From: Candidatus Kapaibacterium sp.
GTDB taxonomy: Bacteria > Bacteroidota > Ignavibacteria > Kapaibacteriales > UBA4661
Assembly: GCA_025455065.1 (NCBI GenBank)
Contig: JALONG010000002.1
Coordinates: 422-64,421 of the forward strand
Direction: 5' to 3'
Length of the DNA stretch: 64,000 nucleotides
Shown: one piece after another, positions 1 through 10,393 of the stretch
Layout: every line of letters starts with the position of its first letter
Numbering within the stretch: the first letter of the stretch is position 1
Notes under the pieces: model-generated
Database searches by the model: none
Told to the model about the DNA's origin: nothing
Seen by the model: only the letters and a program-made list of their open reading frames with translations
Position numbers and translations under genes: made by a program

Positions 1-1
1 G

Positions 2-2971
2 TTATTCACGCGCCTACCCTTTGACAGTGCCGGAGCAAAAGCAAGCCTACATTGCACATTTATTGACACGTTCTCACGATTCTGGGTCGCAAAATCGAAT
101 GGGTTATACCTCTTTACAGGAATTCAGAGAAAAAAAATTGGTCGCCCTGTGGGATTCCCCTGTGATACCATAACAGCTATCGCGCAGGATTCAAGCGGTA
201 TGTTGTGGTTCGCCGGAAAGGGTGTACTTGCTGCATACAACGGCACATTTCGGCAAACTATTTATCTTCCTGATGCTTACCGTGCATCCTTTGTCCATTC
301 CTTGCAATGTAGTGCGGACGGTACGTTATGGCTTGTCGCCAAGGGCAATCTTCTTCGGTGGAATCATCATTCATGGCAAATCGTACAAGAAATCACCGAC
401 CTTGCCGACAAAATATTCTGTTTAGATAAGCAAGGGCGTGTATGGCTTAAAGCGCGTAACGGTCTGTGGTTTGGGCTGCCCGGTCAGTGGCAGTCCTTAA
501 CACGCAGCAAAGGGCTTTTAGAAGAAAATGTTCAAATGCTTGCTGAGGATAATGTCGGTGGGATGTGGATTGCTTATTTCAACAAAGGCTTGCAATACCT
601 GAAAAATAGTGACTTACAGGTTTATACCTTAGAAAACGGTCAATTATCAAATAACTCTGTACGTTCTCTTTTGGTTGGGCGTGAAGGCGAAATCTGGGTG
701 GGTACCAACAACGGTGGACTGAACCGGCTCCGACGAGGCTCACTTCAAATGTTGGATAAGTGGAGCGGTTTGCCGCATGAGAAGGTATTCCCTGTGATGG
801 AAGCACGTGATGGTGCGCTTTGGGTGGGAACTAGCGATGGTGGCGTTTATCGCTTTTTTCAAGGGAAGGTGCAGAATTTGAGTGAAAAGCAGGGCTTAGG
901 AACAAGCATTGCACGGAGTTTGTATGAAGATAAGCAGGGAAATATCTGGGTTGGAACCAGCGGCGGTGGCGCGCACTTGATTAATGTTCGTGCATGGAAG
1001 ATTCAAGAATCCTTACAAAATCGTCATGGGCTGACAAATAATACAGTATTCAGCATCATTCAAGACAAACGTGGTACGCTTTGGTTTGGAACAGAGGACG
1101 GGCTATATTATCGTACTGCTGCTCCGATGCATAAATCAGGTAATCAAGGAATGAAGCTGCATATCAAACAGATAACAACGAAAGAGGGTCTTTCCCACAA
1201 TCGCGTACGGTGTTTAGCACTCGACAGTACAGGAGCAATTTTGGTCGGGACGGCTCACGGATTGAATCGGATAGACACAACGGGCAAGATAACCGCGTAC
1301 ACCGATGCCAATGGATTACCCGGAACAAACCGTATTTTTGCCTTGTACGTTGCGCCGGATTCGACGATTTGGATAGGAACGTTTAATTCGGGGTTAATTC
1401 GCTTCAAAAATGGCGTATTTACGCATTTTACGCAAGCACAAGGACTCTTTGACGATGTTGTCTATGCGATTGCTGAAGATGAGCAAGGACGATTCTGGAT
1501 GTCGTCGAATCGTGGTATTTACTGCGTTGCAAAGAAGGTGCTGGAAGAATTTTCCACAGGAGGGCTTCCGCGTATCACGTGTAACGTTTTCAATAAATAC
1601 GACGGGATGAATGACAACGAATGTAATAGCGGCTCTACGCCGTCTGTTTGGCGGCTTAGGAATGGTCGCCTTGCTTTCCCAACGCTTGGTGGAGTGGCAT
1701 TTATTCAGCCGACGGCTTTGATAAAAAATACGTTGCCACCACCAGTGCTGATTGAATCGGTTATGAGTGATACAACTCAACTGTTGCCAAGTCAAGAACG
1801 TAGGTTCAATGAGCCTTTGACAATCACTCACACACAAAATCATCTGGAAATCCGCTTCACGGCAACAAGCCTTCTTGTTCCGGAAAAAGTTCGCTGCAAA
1901 TATATGTTGGAAGGGTACGACAAACAGTGGATTCAAGCCGAAGAGCGTCGTGTAGCGTATTACGCTAATCTTCCTTCCGGTGCTTATAGATTTCGTGTGA
2001 TTGCGCGTAATAACGCCGAGATATGGAATGACAAAGGCGCACAACTTGAGTTGAAAATTTTACCGCCATGGTGGTCTTCGTGGTGGGCGTGGAGTGTATA
2101 TATTTCAGTTGGAGTGAGTATCGCTTACGTGCTGTTGCGTTATCGAGACCGCCAACAACGGAAAATACTTTTGACAAAACAGCGTGAGCGTGAAGCGGAA
2201 ATTATTCGTCAAAAAAATGCGGAATTGGAAGAAGCAAATGCTGAACTGCGGAATTTGAATGAGGAGAAAAACGAGTTTTTGGGTATTGCCGCGCATGATT
2301 TGAAAAATCCGCTTGGAGCTATTAATATGTTTGCAGAAATGCTCCTCAACGATGATGAATCCATCACGAATGAAGAGCGCCGAATGTATTTGGAAACAAT
2401 GAAAGCATCGTCGGAGCGCATGATTGCTCTTATTGGTAATTTGTTGGATGTGAACGCTATTGAACGCGGAGGGTTTACCGTTAATACAGTCCATATTCCG
2501 ATTGCTCCCTTTGTACTTTCGTTGGTGGATTTGTACTGCGCGAGTGCAGAAAAAAAATCTCTTTTACTGCACTGTAAAATTGATGTAAATTCCGATACAT
2601 CTGTCCTTGCCGACGAGCAAGCATTGATGCAGGTTTTGGACAATCTCGTCTCCAATGCCGTGAAGTATTCGCCGCAAGGAAAAAACATCTATATTCGTTT
2701 AATACCAGGTATCAACGCTATTCGTGTGGAAATTCAGGACGAAGGTCCGGGCATTTCTTCGGAGGACATGAAAAAACTTTTTGGCAAATTTGCCCGCCTT
2801 TCTGCTCGTCCGACAGGCGGGGAACACAGTACCGGTCTGGGCTTGAGTATTGCCAAAAAAATGGTGGAAGCGATGAATGGGCGTGTATGGTGCGAAAGTG
2901 AGTTGGGCAAGGGTGCGACGTTTATTGTCGAGTTGCCGTGTACTCCGAATACTACTCTCAACAAAGCATGA
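2..2971 (+). CDS. Sensor histidine kinase, type A core: periplasmic beta-propeller (Reg_prop repeats), Y_Y_Y, TM, coiled coil, HisKA, HATPase_c. The 5' end is truncated by the window edge: the frame is open back to nt 2, and the first in-frame GTG is at 149.
   Basis: 940-aa ORF with repeated G..WxGTxxGLxxxD propeller motifs, the Y_Y_Y motif (RFRYMLEGYDKQW), one TM segment, H-box EFLGIAAHDLKNPL and N/G1/G2 boxes (NAVKYS, DEGPGIS, GGEHSTGLGLSI). No stop codon upstream in frame. Confidence 0.85.
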   Translation, partial: LFTRLPFDSAGAKASLHCTFIDTFSRFWVAKSNGLYLFTGIQRKKIGRPVGFPCDTITAIAQDSSGMLWFAGKGVLAAYNGTFRQTIYLPDAYRASFVHSLQCSADGTLWLVAKGNLLRWNHHSWQIVQEITDLADKIFCLDKQGRVWLKARNGLWFGLPGQWQSLTRSKGLLEENVQMLAEDNVGGMWIAYFNKGLQYLKNSDLQVYTLENGQLSNNSVRSLLVGREGEIWVGTNNGGLNRLRRGSLQMLDKWSGLPHEKVFPVMEARDGALWVGTSDGGVYRFFQGKVQNLSEKQGLGTSIARSLYEDKQGNIWVGTSGGGAHLINVRAWKIQESLQNRHGLTNNTVFSIIQDKRGTLWFGTEDGLYYRTAAPMHKSGNQGMKLHIKQITTKEGLSHNRVRCLALDSTGAILVGTAHGLNRIDTTGKITAYTDANGLPGTNRIFALYVAPDSTIWIGTFNSGLIRFKNGVFTHFTQAQGLFDDVVYAIAEDEQGRFWMSSNRGIYCVAKKVLEEFSTGGLPRITCNVFNKYDGMNDNECNSGSTPSVWRLRNGRLAFPTLGGVAFIQPTALIKNTLPPPVLIESVMSDTTQLLPSQERRFNEPLTITHTQNHLEIRFTATSLLVPEKVRCKYMLEGYDKQWIQAEERRVAYYANLPSGAYRFRVIARNNAEIWNDKGAQLELKILPPWWSSWWAWSVYISVGVSIAYVLLRYRDRQQRKILLTKQREREAEIIRQKNAELEEANAELRNLNEEKNEFLGIAAHDLKNPLGAINMFAEMLLNDDESITNEERRMYLETMKASSERMIALIGNLLDVNAIERGGFTVNTVHIPIAPFVLSLVDLYCASAEKKSLLLHCKIDVNSDTSVLADEQALMQVLDNLVSNAVKYSPQGKNIYIRLIPGINAIRVEIQDEGPGISSEDMKKLFGKFARLSARPTGGEHSTGLGLSIAKKMVEAMNGRVWCESELGKGATFIVELPCTPNTTLNKA

Positions 2972-4416
2972 AACACATCCAATATATAATCCAAATAACT
3001 GCACCGTTTATTGCACCGGAGGTCGTGAGTAACCCGCCCACGTTGCTGTATCAAAAAGCGATTTTTCTGGTCTTGGCGTTGATGGTTATTACCGTTTCCT
3101 CATTTGGTAGTATTTTCTTTTATGCAAGTATTGATGCGGCGGTGCTTGCAGTGTTTTCGGCTATTATTTTCTTGACCTGTCTGCTTTCCTTGGGTGTACT
3201 CTATTTTTCTCGCAATATCCACCAAGCAGCTAATATCCTTGTTTTGGGGCTGTTGATTGCCAATACGGCAGCCGTATTGCAGACCGGTGGAATTTTCTCC
3301 ATAATTATCTTCAGTTTTGCCCCTGTTGCAATACTGGGACTTGTTTTTTCTCATCGGCGGAAAATGGCGCAGATTGTATTTGTGTCAGTGGCTATTGTGC
3401 TTGTATTGATGATTCTTGAAGCTAACGGTTTCACACCAAAGCCAGTCTATAAAATTCAAGAAAGTTGGTTGTGGTTTGGGAGCATAATGATTCTACTCAT
3501 AATTGGTACGGTTGGCACTTTTTTCTTTTTGGATGCTATTAGGGAAAAAGCATATGAGCAATTGGAACAGGAACGGAATAGCGTCGAAGAGCGTATTTTG
3601 GAAGCAACGCAAAAACTGCAAAATCAACAACACCAAATTTCCCTCATCAACGAACATCTTGAAGAACGGAATACCGAGTTGCAACAAGCCATCCAGACCG
3701 CAGAAGCCGCACAAAAACTGCAAGCCGATGTGTTACGCAACATAGACCACGAAATGCGTACACCACTTTCGGTAATTCTGGGGTTTGCAGAAATTTTACA
3801 CGAAGAAGTTACCAGTCAAAACCCGGAATTGGTAACATTCGTCGAGCAGATTTCTCATGCCGGAGAAAACCTGTTGGGTATTTTTAACAATGCAAAAATA
3901 CTCACCACTGTCGAATCAAGCGATTTTGCGCTTAGTCCCAAAACCACGATTCTACCATCCTTGCTGCAGCAACTAACGGGGCTGTTTCATAACGAAGCAG
4001 TGCAAAAAGGTCTTGCGATATCGTGTTCGTGGTCGCCGGAGTGTGAAGAGCCTGTGTTGCTGGATGAAGAGTACGTGCAAATCATTCTGCGACAAGTGCT
4101 TTCAAACGCGGTGAAATTTACCAAACAAGGTTCGGTGCAGCTTCAATGTGCTGTTCTGAGGTCAAAAAGCGGTAAGGGCAGTGTGCTGGAGTTTCGTGTG
4201 ATTGATACGGGTGTGGGTATTGCAGCGGAATTTATGGACAAAATTTTTATGCCTTTTCAACAGCAGGATGCAAGCACCACAAGGCGCTTTGGCGGCTTAG
4301 GGCTTGGGCTTGCGGTGGTCTTGGCAATAGTGAATGCGATGAATGGCAAGGTTTGGTGCGAGTCTGTTGTGGGAAAAGGTACGACGTTTATTGTGGAATT
4401 GCCGCTTGCAGAATAG
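2968..4416 (+). CDS. Polytopic membrane sensor histidine kinase, type B core: about 6 TM helices, coiled coil, HisKA, HATPase_c. The likely start at ATG 2968 overlaps the upstream stop as ATGA; the ORF track begins at 2938.
   Basis: Hydrophobic N-terminal 190 aa, H-box NIDHEMRTPLSVILGFAEIL, NAVKFT, DTGVGI, GGLGLGLAVV. Paralog of 17200..18657. Confidence 0.8.
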   Translation: MKHIQYIIQITAPFIAPEVVSNPPTLLYQKAIFLVLALMVITVSSFGSIFFYASIDAAVLAVFSAIIFLTCLLSLGVLYFSRNIHQAANILVLGLLIANTAAVLQTGGIFSIIIFSFAPVAILGLVFSHRRKMAQIVFVSVAIVLVLMILEANGFTPKPVYKIQESWLWFGSIMILLIIGTVGTFFFLDAIREKAYEQLEQERNSVEERILEATQKLQNQQHQISLINEHLEERNTELQQAIQTAEAAQKLQADVLRNIDHEMRTPLSVILGFAEILHEEVTSQNPELVTFVEQISHAGENLLGIFNNAKILTTVESSDFALSPKTTILPSLLQQLTGLFHNEAVQKGLAISCSWSPECEEPVLLDEEYVQIILRQVLSNAVKFTKQGSVQLQCAVLRSKSGKGSVLEFRVIDTGVGIAAEFMDKIFMPFQQQDASTTRRFGGLGLGLAVVLAIVNAMNGKVWCESVVGKGTTFIVELPLAE

Positions 4417-4418
4417 CT

Positions 4419-4450
4419 ATTTGCCAAATAGCCGTAATTGCGTATTTTAT
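4419..4450 (+). terminator. Possible weak terminator hairpin after the type B HK gene.
   Basis: GCTATTTGCCAAATAGC inverted repeat followed by a T-rich segment (cgtaattgcgtattttatt). Confidence 0.3.
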
Positions 4451-4515
4451 TAGAAAGTTTGCCTTCTCATCAGATTGCTTGCTATTATTAGGGTAGATGC
4501 AACAAGACGCAACAA

Positions 4516-7500
4516 GTGATGAAGAGGTTATACCTCATAGATATGGGCTTCAGTTATTGCGCCATGAGACATTCTCTCCTCATCTTGCTTCTCCTTTTTG
4601 TTGCTGTCGCTGTACATTCTGTTGCGGCACAGCATTTGCCAATGTTTATGCCCCCGCAAGAACAACCTGCAACCCGCACTGCATTTGACCTCCATCCCCA
4701 AAAAAGCATTGCGCATTACATCCGCCGCACGTGGCAAATGGAGCAGGGGCTTCCGCAAAATTCCGCCCAAGCGCTTTGTCAGACACGCGACGGTTATTTA
4801 TGGATTGGCACCGAAGAAGGCTTGGTGCGCTTCGACGGAGTGCAGTTTACCGTTTTTGATGTGAATAATACCCCCGCTTTGGGGGCAAATACGATTCAGG
4901 CACTCTGCGAAGACCGCAGTGGAACGCTTTGGATAGGCACAAACGGCGGCGGGGTCTGTGCTTACAAAAACGGCGTGTTTACCTCATTTACGAGCCGTGA
5001 TGGCTTGTCCAACGATTTCGTCAGTTCCATTGTTGAAGACCGCACCGCAAGCGGCAAAACGGTGTTGTGGATTGGTACGTTGGGAGGTGGGCTGAATCGT
5101 ATGGAGATAAGCGGCAACGTGCCTGTTTTTACAGCCTACACAACTGCAAACGGGCTAACGCACAATATCATTTTCAGCCTTATTCAATCCCACACCGGAG
5201 CGCTGTGGATAGGTACAAACGGTGGAGGGGTGAATCGGTATGAACAGGGCGTATTTTCTGCCTTAACCACAGCCAACGGGCTGTCCCGCAATCAAGTCCG
5301 TTCTCTGTGCGAAGATAGGAACGGAGCGCTTTGGATAGGAACATTCGGCGGGGGCTTAAATTGCTATGCCGACGGCAAAATGACTGTCTTTACCACAAAA
5401 AACGGTCTGCGGCACGATATTGTCTGGTCGCTATGCGAAGACCGTAGTGGTGCGCTTTGGATAGGAACATTTGGCGGAGGGCTTAATCGTCTCTACAATG
5501 GCGTAATGAGCGCATATACCGAAAACAACGGACTTTCAAGTAACCTTGTGCGATCCATTTGCCAAGACCGCGAAGGTGCGCTCTGGGTAGGAACAGTGGG
5601 CGGTTTGAACAATTTTGCTGACGGGAAATTTACAACCTACACCACCAAAGACGGCTTGACGCATGATGTGGTGCGGGCTGTGCTTGGAGAGCGCTCAGGA
5701 AGCGGTATATGGGTTGGGACATTTGGCGGTGGTGTTAATGTCTTGACAAATGGTAACGTGCCAAGTGTCAAAAGTATCATTACTACTCGCGCCGGAGGAC
5801 TTCCGACGGACATCATTTATGCACTGTTGGAAGAGCGAAACGTTAGTGGAAAAGCGGGTGCCCTCTGGATAGGTACAAACGGCGGCGGATTATGCCGTGT
5901 ACAAGGCGGCAAAACAACGACGTTTACAACAAAAAACGGTTTGACCAACGATGTGGTTTTTACGCTGTTACAAGACAAAAAGGGCGTTTTGTGGATAGGA
6001 ACGGTCGGCGGTGGGGTAAACCGTTACGAAAACGGTGTATTTACGCATCTGACCACACAAGAAGGGCTTCCGAGCGACAATGTGCGAGCATTGCTGGAAG
6101 ATAGGAATGGTGCTGTTTGGATAGGAACTGTTGGGGGTGGTATTGCACAGTATTTCGAGGGGAAAATCACGGTTTACTCCACTAACGAAGGGCTTTCCAA
6201 CAACACCATCCGCTCATTCCACGAAGATGAAACGGGTGTGTTGTGGGTTGGTACGGTTGGCGGAGGGCTGTGCCGCTTCAAAGACGGCGTGTTTCGGGCA
6301 ATCACCACCAAACATGGGCTGTTTAATGACGTTATTCACTCCATTGTGGATGACGGTTGCGGATATTTCTGGATGTCCTGCAACAAAGGGATATTTCGTG
6401 TCCTGAAGCAAGATTTGAACGCCTTTGCCGACGGCACAAAAAAAAGTGTTACAAGCGATGTGTTCGGCACATTAGACGGAATGTTTAATGCCGAATGTAA
6501 TAGCGGCAGTCCCGCAGGAATACGCGACGCACGCGGGAATCTTTGGTTTGCAACGATGACGGGTGTTGTTACGGTGAACCCTCGCAGTAACGGGCTTGGC
6601 GGGGGAATGGTACAGCCGACGGTCATCATTGAAGCGGTGCAAGCAGACAGCCTTCGGAGAGACGTTTCTGCGCCGCTCACGGTGTCTGCGAATGCTGAGA
6701 ACATCGAATTTCATTATACCGCCACAAGTCTGACTGCGCCTGAGCGCACGCGCTTTCGCTATATGCTCGAAGGCTTCGACAAAGAATGGGTTGATGCAGG
6801 GAAACGGCGTGTTGCCTATTACACGCACTTGCCGAAAGGGCGTATGTACCGCTTTTGTGTACAGGCGAGTAATGGTCAAGGGCGCTGGGGAAGCGGTATG
6901 GCATCAGTGGAACTGACCTTGGAAGCAGCATTTTGGGAAACATGGTGGTTTTATGCGCTCTGTGGGATTTCGCTGGGGGGATTGATTATTCTTGCCGTGC
7001 GTATGCGGATTGGGCAGTTTCAGCGTCGTGCGAAGCGCTTGGAATCTCTTGTTTATGAGCGTACGACGGAGCTACGCCAAAGCAACGAAGAAATTCAACA
7101 TCATCTGGAAGTGCTGGACAAACAATCGCAGGAAATTGAGAGTGCAAACACCGTTCTCCGCGAGAAAAACCTTCAACTTGAGGCGTTGCACCAAGAAAAA
7201 GACGAGTTTTTGGGTATTGCCGCACATGATTTGCGGAATCCTTTGGCGAGCATCAAAATTGCGGCTGAACTCATTCGTAAAGCCCGTTCTGTGCCGTCTG
7301 GAGAAGGAATTGTTACTGAGCAGTTACACAAAATTGAGATTCTGGCAGAGCGTATGACGGGTATCGTTTCTAATTTCTTGGATTTGAACGCTCTAGAATC
7401 CGGTGCAATGCAGGTCGGTCGTCAGGAAGTAGCTCTGCGTCCGCTTGTGCAGGAAATCATTGAGGAATATCGTACCAAAGCAGCAATCAAACATATCACA

Positions 7501-7950
7501 GTTATTGCCGATTTCCCGGAAGCCGCTCCACTACTTGTGTTGGGGGATAAACAACTTATCGAAGAAGTTTTGGAAAATCTGCTGTCCAACGCCGTCAAAT
7601 TTTCGCCGCACGGGAAACGTGTCGTTGTCAGGATATGGGATAGCGGTAATGGGAAAAGGGCGGAGAACGTTGTAGAATCTTCATCTCCTGTTCCTTATCC
7701 TTCATCCGTGCTTCGTATCGAAATTCAGGACGAAGGTGCGGGAATTTCTGCCGAAGATATGCCGCTGTTGTTCAAAAAATTCACCAAACTCGCCACACGT
7801 CCGACAGGCGGCGAACACAGTACCGGTCTGGGACTCAGCATTGTCAAAAAGATGGTGGAAGCAATGAACGGGCGCGTTTGGTGCGAATCGGAATTAGGGA
7901 AAGGCGCGACATTTATTGTGGAATTGCCGCACGGGAGTGATATTTTGTGA
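4516..7950 (+). CDS. Sensor histidine kinase, type A core: beta-propeller, Y_Y_Y, TM, HisKA, HATPase_c. Alternative start at 4564 (MRHSLLILLLLF.., signal peptide).
   Basis: 1144-aa ORF with about 14 Reg_prop repeats, RFRYMLEGFDKEW, EFLGIAAHDLRNPL and GGEHSTGLGLSIVKKMVEAMNGRVWCESELGKGATFIVELP. A 20-aa insertion precedes the G1 box. Confidence 0.9.
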   Translation: MMKRLYLIDMGFSYCAMRHSLLILLLLFVAVAVHSVAAQHLPMFMPPQEQPATRTAFDLHPQKSIAHYIRRTWQMEQGLPQNSAQALCQTRDGYLWIGTEEGLVRFDGVQFTVFDVNNTPALGANTIQALCEDRSGTLWIGTNGGGVCAYKNGVFTSFTSRDGLSNDFVSSIVEDRTASGKTVLWIGTLGGGLNRMEISGNVPVFTAYTTANGLTHNIIFSLIQSHTGALWIGTNGGGVNRYEQGVFSALTTANGLSRNQVRSLCEDRNGALWIGTFGGGLNCYADGKMTVFTTKNGLRHDIVWSLCEDRSGALWIGTFGGGLNRLYNGVMSAYTENNGLSSNLVRSICQDREGALWVGTVGGLNNFADGKFTTYTTKDGLTHDVVRAVLGERSGSGIWVGTFGGGVNVLTNGNVPSVKSIITTRAGGLPTDIIYALLEERNVSGKAGALWIGTNGGGLCRVQGGKTTTFTTKNGLTNDVVFTLLQDKKGVLWIGTVGGGVNRYENGVFTHLTTQEGLPSDNVRALLEDRNGAVWIGTVGGGIAQYFEGKITVYSTNEGLSNNTIRSFHEDETGVLWVGTVGGGLCRFKDGVFRAITTKHGLFNDVIHSIVDDGCGYFWMSCNKGIFRVLKQDLNAFADGTKKSVTSDVFGTLDGMFNAECNSGSPAGIRDARGNLWFATMTGVVTVNPRSNGLGGGMVQPTVIIEAVQADSLRRDVSAPLTVSANAENIEFHYTATSLTAPERTRFRYMLEGFDKEWVDAGKRRVAYYTHLPKGRMYRFCVQASNGQGRWGSGMASVELTLEAAFWETWWFYALCGISLGGLIILAVRMRIGQFQRRAKRLESLVYERTTELRQSNEEIQHHLEVLDKQSQEIESANTVLREKNLQLEALHQEKDEFLGIAAHDLRNPLASIKIAAELIRKARSVPSGEGIVTEQLHKIEILAERMTGIVSNFLDLNALESGAMQVGRQEVALRPLVQEIIEEYRTKAAIKHITVIADFPEAAPLLVLGDKQLIEEVLENLLSNAVKFSPHGKRVVVRIWDSGNGKRAENVVESSSPVPYPSSVLRIEIQDEGAGISAEDMPLLFKKFTKLATRPTGGEHSTGLGLSIVKKMVEAMNGRVWCESELGKGATFIVELPHGSDIL

Positions 7951-8116
7951 ATGTTTTGGGGAGGATTGCCGATACAAAACCGTGATTTTCTGTTGGTATT
8001 TCTCCACAGAACTTTCTATTTTGTACCTACCGCATCTGCCAATATTCAAGAACACAAGCAAGTGGTTTTGCGGTGGTAGTATTGCGCTGTCAATCCATTG
8101 TTCTGTGTATCACGCT

Positions 8117-10369
8117 ATGATTCGGCAAAAGCCCCCGCTTATCTTTCCATTCATACAACCAAGCAGACTATCGCTTCAGGGGACGCTTCCCTTAGCGGTA
8201 ATCATGCTTATGGTCGCTTGCGCACATATCATTCCGGCTGTTGCGCAAATCTCCGAAATTGATTCTTTGCTGCTCAAACTTCAATCTGCCGAAAAAGCCT
8301 CTGCCACGGCAGACACCGCATATATTCGCCTTTTGAACCAACTCGCCTACCGCTACGACGGTTTCAAAACCGACAGTGCTATGTTCCTCGCCGAAAAAGC
8401 CCGCTCGTTTGCCGAAAAACTTGGCGACAAGCGGGGTTTGGCGCGTTCTTACATCAATATCGGGAACATCAATGAAACCAGAGGGCAGTACAATAGTGCG
8501 CTGAAGGCTCATTTGCAGGGTATTCAGATTGCAGAATCTATCGGCGATAAAAGTTTGACTGCCAGAGGATGTAACGGTTTAGGAATTGTCTATTGGGACA
8601 AAGGCGAGTATCAATCAGCATTGCAGAGCTATTTGAAATCACTGCGATTGTATGAAGAACTCAAAGACACCGTGAACACTGCCCGTGCGGTGAACAACAT
8701 CGCTATTATCCACCAACAGCAAAATAATTTCAAAGAAGCAATGAGGTTTTATCGGCTTTCCTACGACATTGCGCACAAAGGCAGAGACAAAAAATCTATC
8801 GCGGTGGCGGCAGGAAATATCGGACAACTGTTTTATCTGGAAAAACAGTACGATTCGACGCTGGCATACATGGAAGAATCGAAGGCGCTGGCATTGGACA
8901 TCAACGATAAACATACGATTGCCGCACGGATGACAGACATCGGGGAAGTGCAGCAAGCAACGGGAAAATACGACGAAGCACTCAAGAATCTTTTTGCAGC
9001 GCTGCGCATCAAAGAAGAAATCGGTGAATCAACCTACATCATCAATTCGCTCCAATCCATCGCTGTTACGCTTGCCGCCGCAGGACGCGCCCGCGAAGGT
9101 CTGCCATATGCGCTTCGTGCTGTGGATAGTGCGCAAGCATTGGGCGCAAAGTCGTATTTGCGGGATGCACTGCGAAATTTGGTAACGGTCTATGATTCCC
9201 TCCGAATGTACAAAGAAGCATACCAAACGCACCGAATCTTAGCCGATGTGCGCGATTCCTTGATAAGCAGTGAGTCCTTGCAAAAAACGCTGCAATTACA
9301 AGCAGAGTTTGAATCGGAGAAAAAAGACAAACAAATTTTGCTTTTAACTAAAGATCAAGAATTGCAAGCAACAACGCGAAATATGCTCATTGCGCTGGGG
9401 ATTGCCTTGGCACTCGGCATTGCAGCGCTGTATGCACGGTTTCGTTTGAAAGTTTCGTCGGAGCGGCAATTACAAGCGCAGAACGCAGAAATTTTGCGCC
9501 AGCAACATCTTTTAGAAGAGCAAGCCGCCGACATTGAAACAGCAAATACGGCACTGCATGAGAAAAATATCGCACTGGAGCGGCAGCAAAACATTTTGGA
9601 AGAACAAGCACGAGAAATCGAAATTGCGAACTCCGAGCTTCAGGAAAAAAATCTTACGCTTGAGGCTCTGAACCAAGAAAAGAACGAGTTTCTCGGAATT
9701 GCCGCACATGATTTGAAAAATCCGCTTCAGCAAATTATCATGGCTTCGGGGACTATTGCGCGGTATTATGACCGTATGAGCGATAACGACATTCAGCAGC
9801 AAGTCCATAATATGGGCGTTGTGGCGCATCGCATAACGGAAATTGTGACAAATTTGCTGGATGTGAACGCGATAGAACGCGGTGGAATGACCTTCACATC
9901 GCGCAATTTCGACATTCTGCCGATTGTGCAAAATGTTATTCAGAGTTATACTGCTTCTGCAAAAGAAAAAAATATCACGCTACACCTTCATGCAGGAAGA
10001 TCATCAAATCTTGTTTTTGCCGATGAACAAGCCACGCAGCAAGTTTTGGATAATCTCATTTCTAACGCTGTGAAATACTCACCACACGGAAAAAATATTG
10101 TTGTCCGCTTGAAATCAAGTACAGAAGTGGTTCGTGTAGAGATTCACGACGAAGGTCCGGGTATTTCTGCGGAAGATATGCGGAAGTTATTTGGTAAATT
10201 TGCACGTCTTTCGGCGCGTCCGACAGGCGGTGAGCATAGCACAGGTCTGGGTCTCAGCATAGTAAAAAAAATTGTAGAAGCGATGAACGGGCGTGTGTGG
10301 TGCGAATCGGAATTGGGAAAAGGCGCAATGTTTATTGTCGAACTTTCCTGCTTTCCTGCTTCCATTTAG
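8117..10369 (+). CDS. TPR-repeat sensor histidine kinase, type A core. Start uncertain: 8117 or 8204 (MLMVACAHIIPAVAQ, signal-like). The ORF track start at 7916 overlaps the upstream gene.
   Basis: TPR-like repeats (AYIRLLNQLAYRY.. ARSYINIGNI.. ARGCNGLGIVYW..), one TM segment, long coiled coil, EFLGIAAHDLKNPL and the conserved type A C-terminus. Confidence 0.85.
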   Translation: MIRQKPPLIFPFIQPSRLSLQGTLPLAVIMLMVACAHIIPAVAQISEIDSLLLKLQSAEKASATADTAYIRLLNQLAYRYDGFKTDSAMFLAEKARSFAEKLGDKRGLARSYINIGNINETRGQYNSALKAHLQGIQIAESIGDKSLTARGCNGLGIVYWDKGEYQSALQSYLKSLRLYEELKDTVNTARAVNNIAIIHQQQNNFKEAMRFYRLSYDIAHKGRDKKSIAVAAGNIGQLFYLEKQYDSTLAYMEESKALALDINDKHTIAARMTDIGEVQQATGKYDEALKNLFAALRIKEEIGESTYIINSLQSIAVTLAAAGRAREGLPYALRAVDSAQALGAKSYLRDALRNLVTVYDSLRMYKEAYQTHRILADVRDSLISSESLQKTLQLQAEFESEKKDKQILLLTKDQELQATTRNMLIALGIALALGIAALYARFRLKVSSERQLQAQNAEILRQQHLLEEQAADIETANTALHEKNIALERQQNILEEQAREIEIANSELQEKNLTLEALNQEKNEFLGIAAHDLKNPLQQIIMASGTIARYYDRMSDNDIQQQVHNMGVVAHRITEIVTNLLDVNAIERGGMTFTSRNFDILPIVQNVIQSYTASAKEKNITLHLHAGRSSNLVFADEQATQQVLDNLISNAVKYSPHGKNIVVRLKSSTEVVRVEIHDEGPGISAEDMRKLFGKFARLSARPTGGEHSTGLGLSIVKKIVEAMNGRVWCESELGKGAMFIVELSCFPASI

Positions 10370-10393
10370 CACAAGGCATACACTTCGCTTTTT

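Noticed and set aside
1394-2044. Long antisense ORFs inside kinase genes (for example 1394..2044 -, 22032..22814 -, 29490..30392 -, 45924..46841 -, 35938..36561 -, 11555..12109 -).
   Set aside because: They lie entirely within strongly supported genes on the opposite strand, have low-complexity or odd composition, and have no recognisable domains. They are shadow ORFs.
4449-4515. Direct repeat GCAACAAG x2 just upstream of the kinase at 4516, as a possible binding site.
   Set aside because: It is a very short repeat overlapping the probable ribosome-binding and start region (the true start may be 4564). It is indistinguishable from chance.
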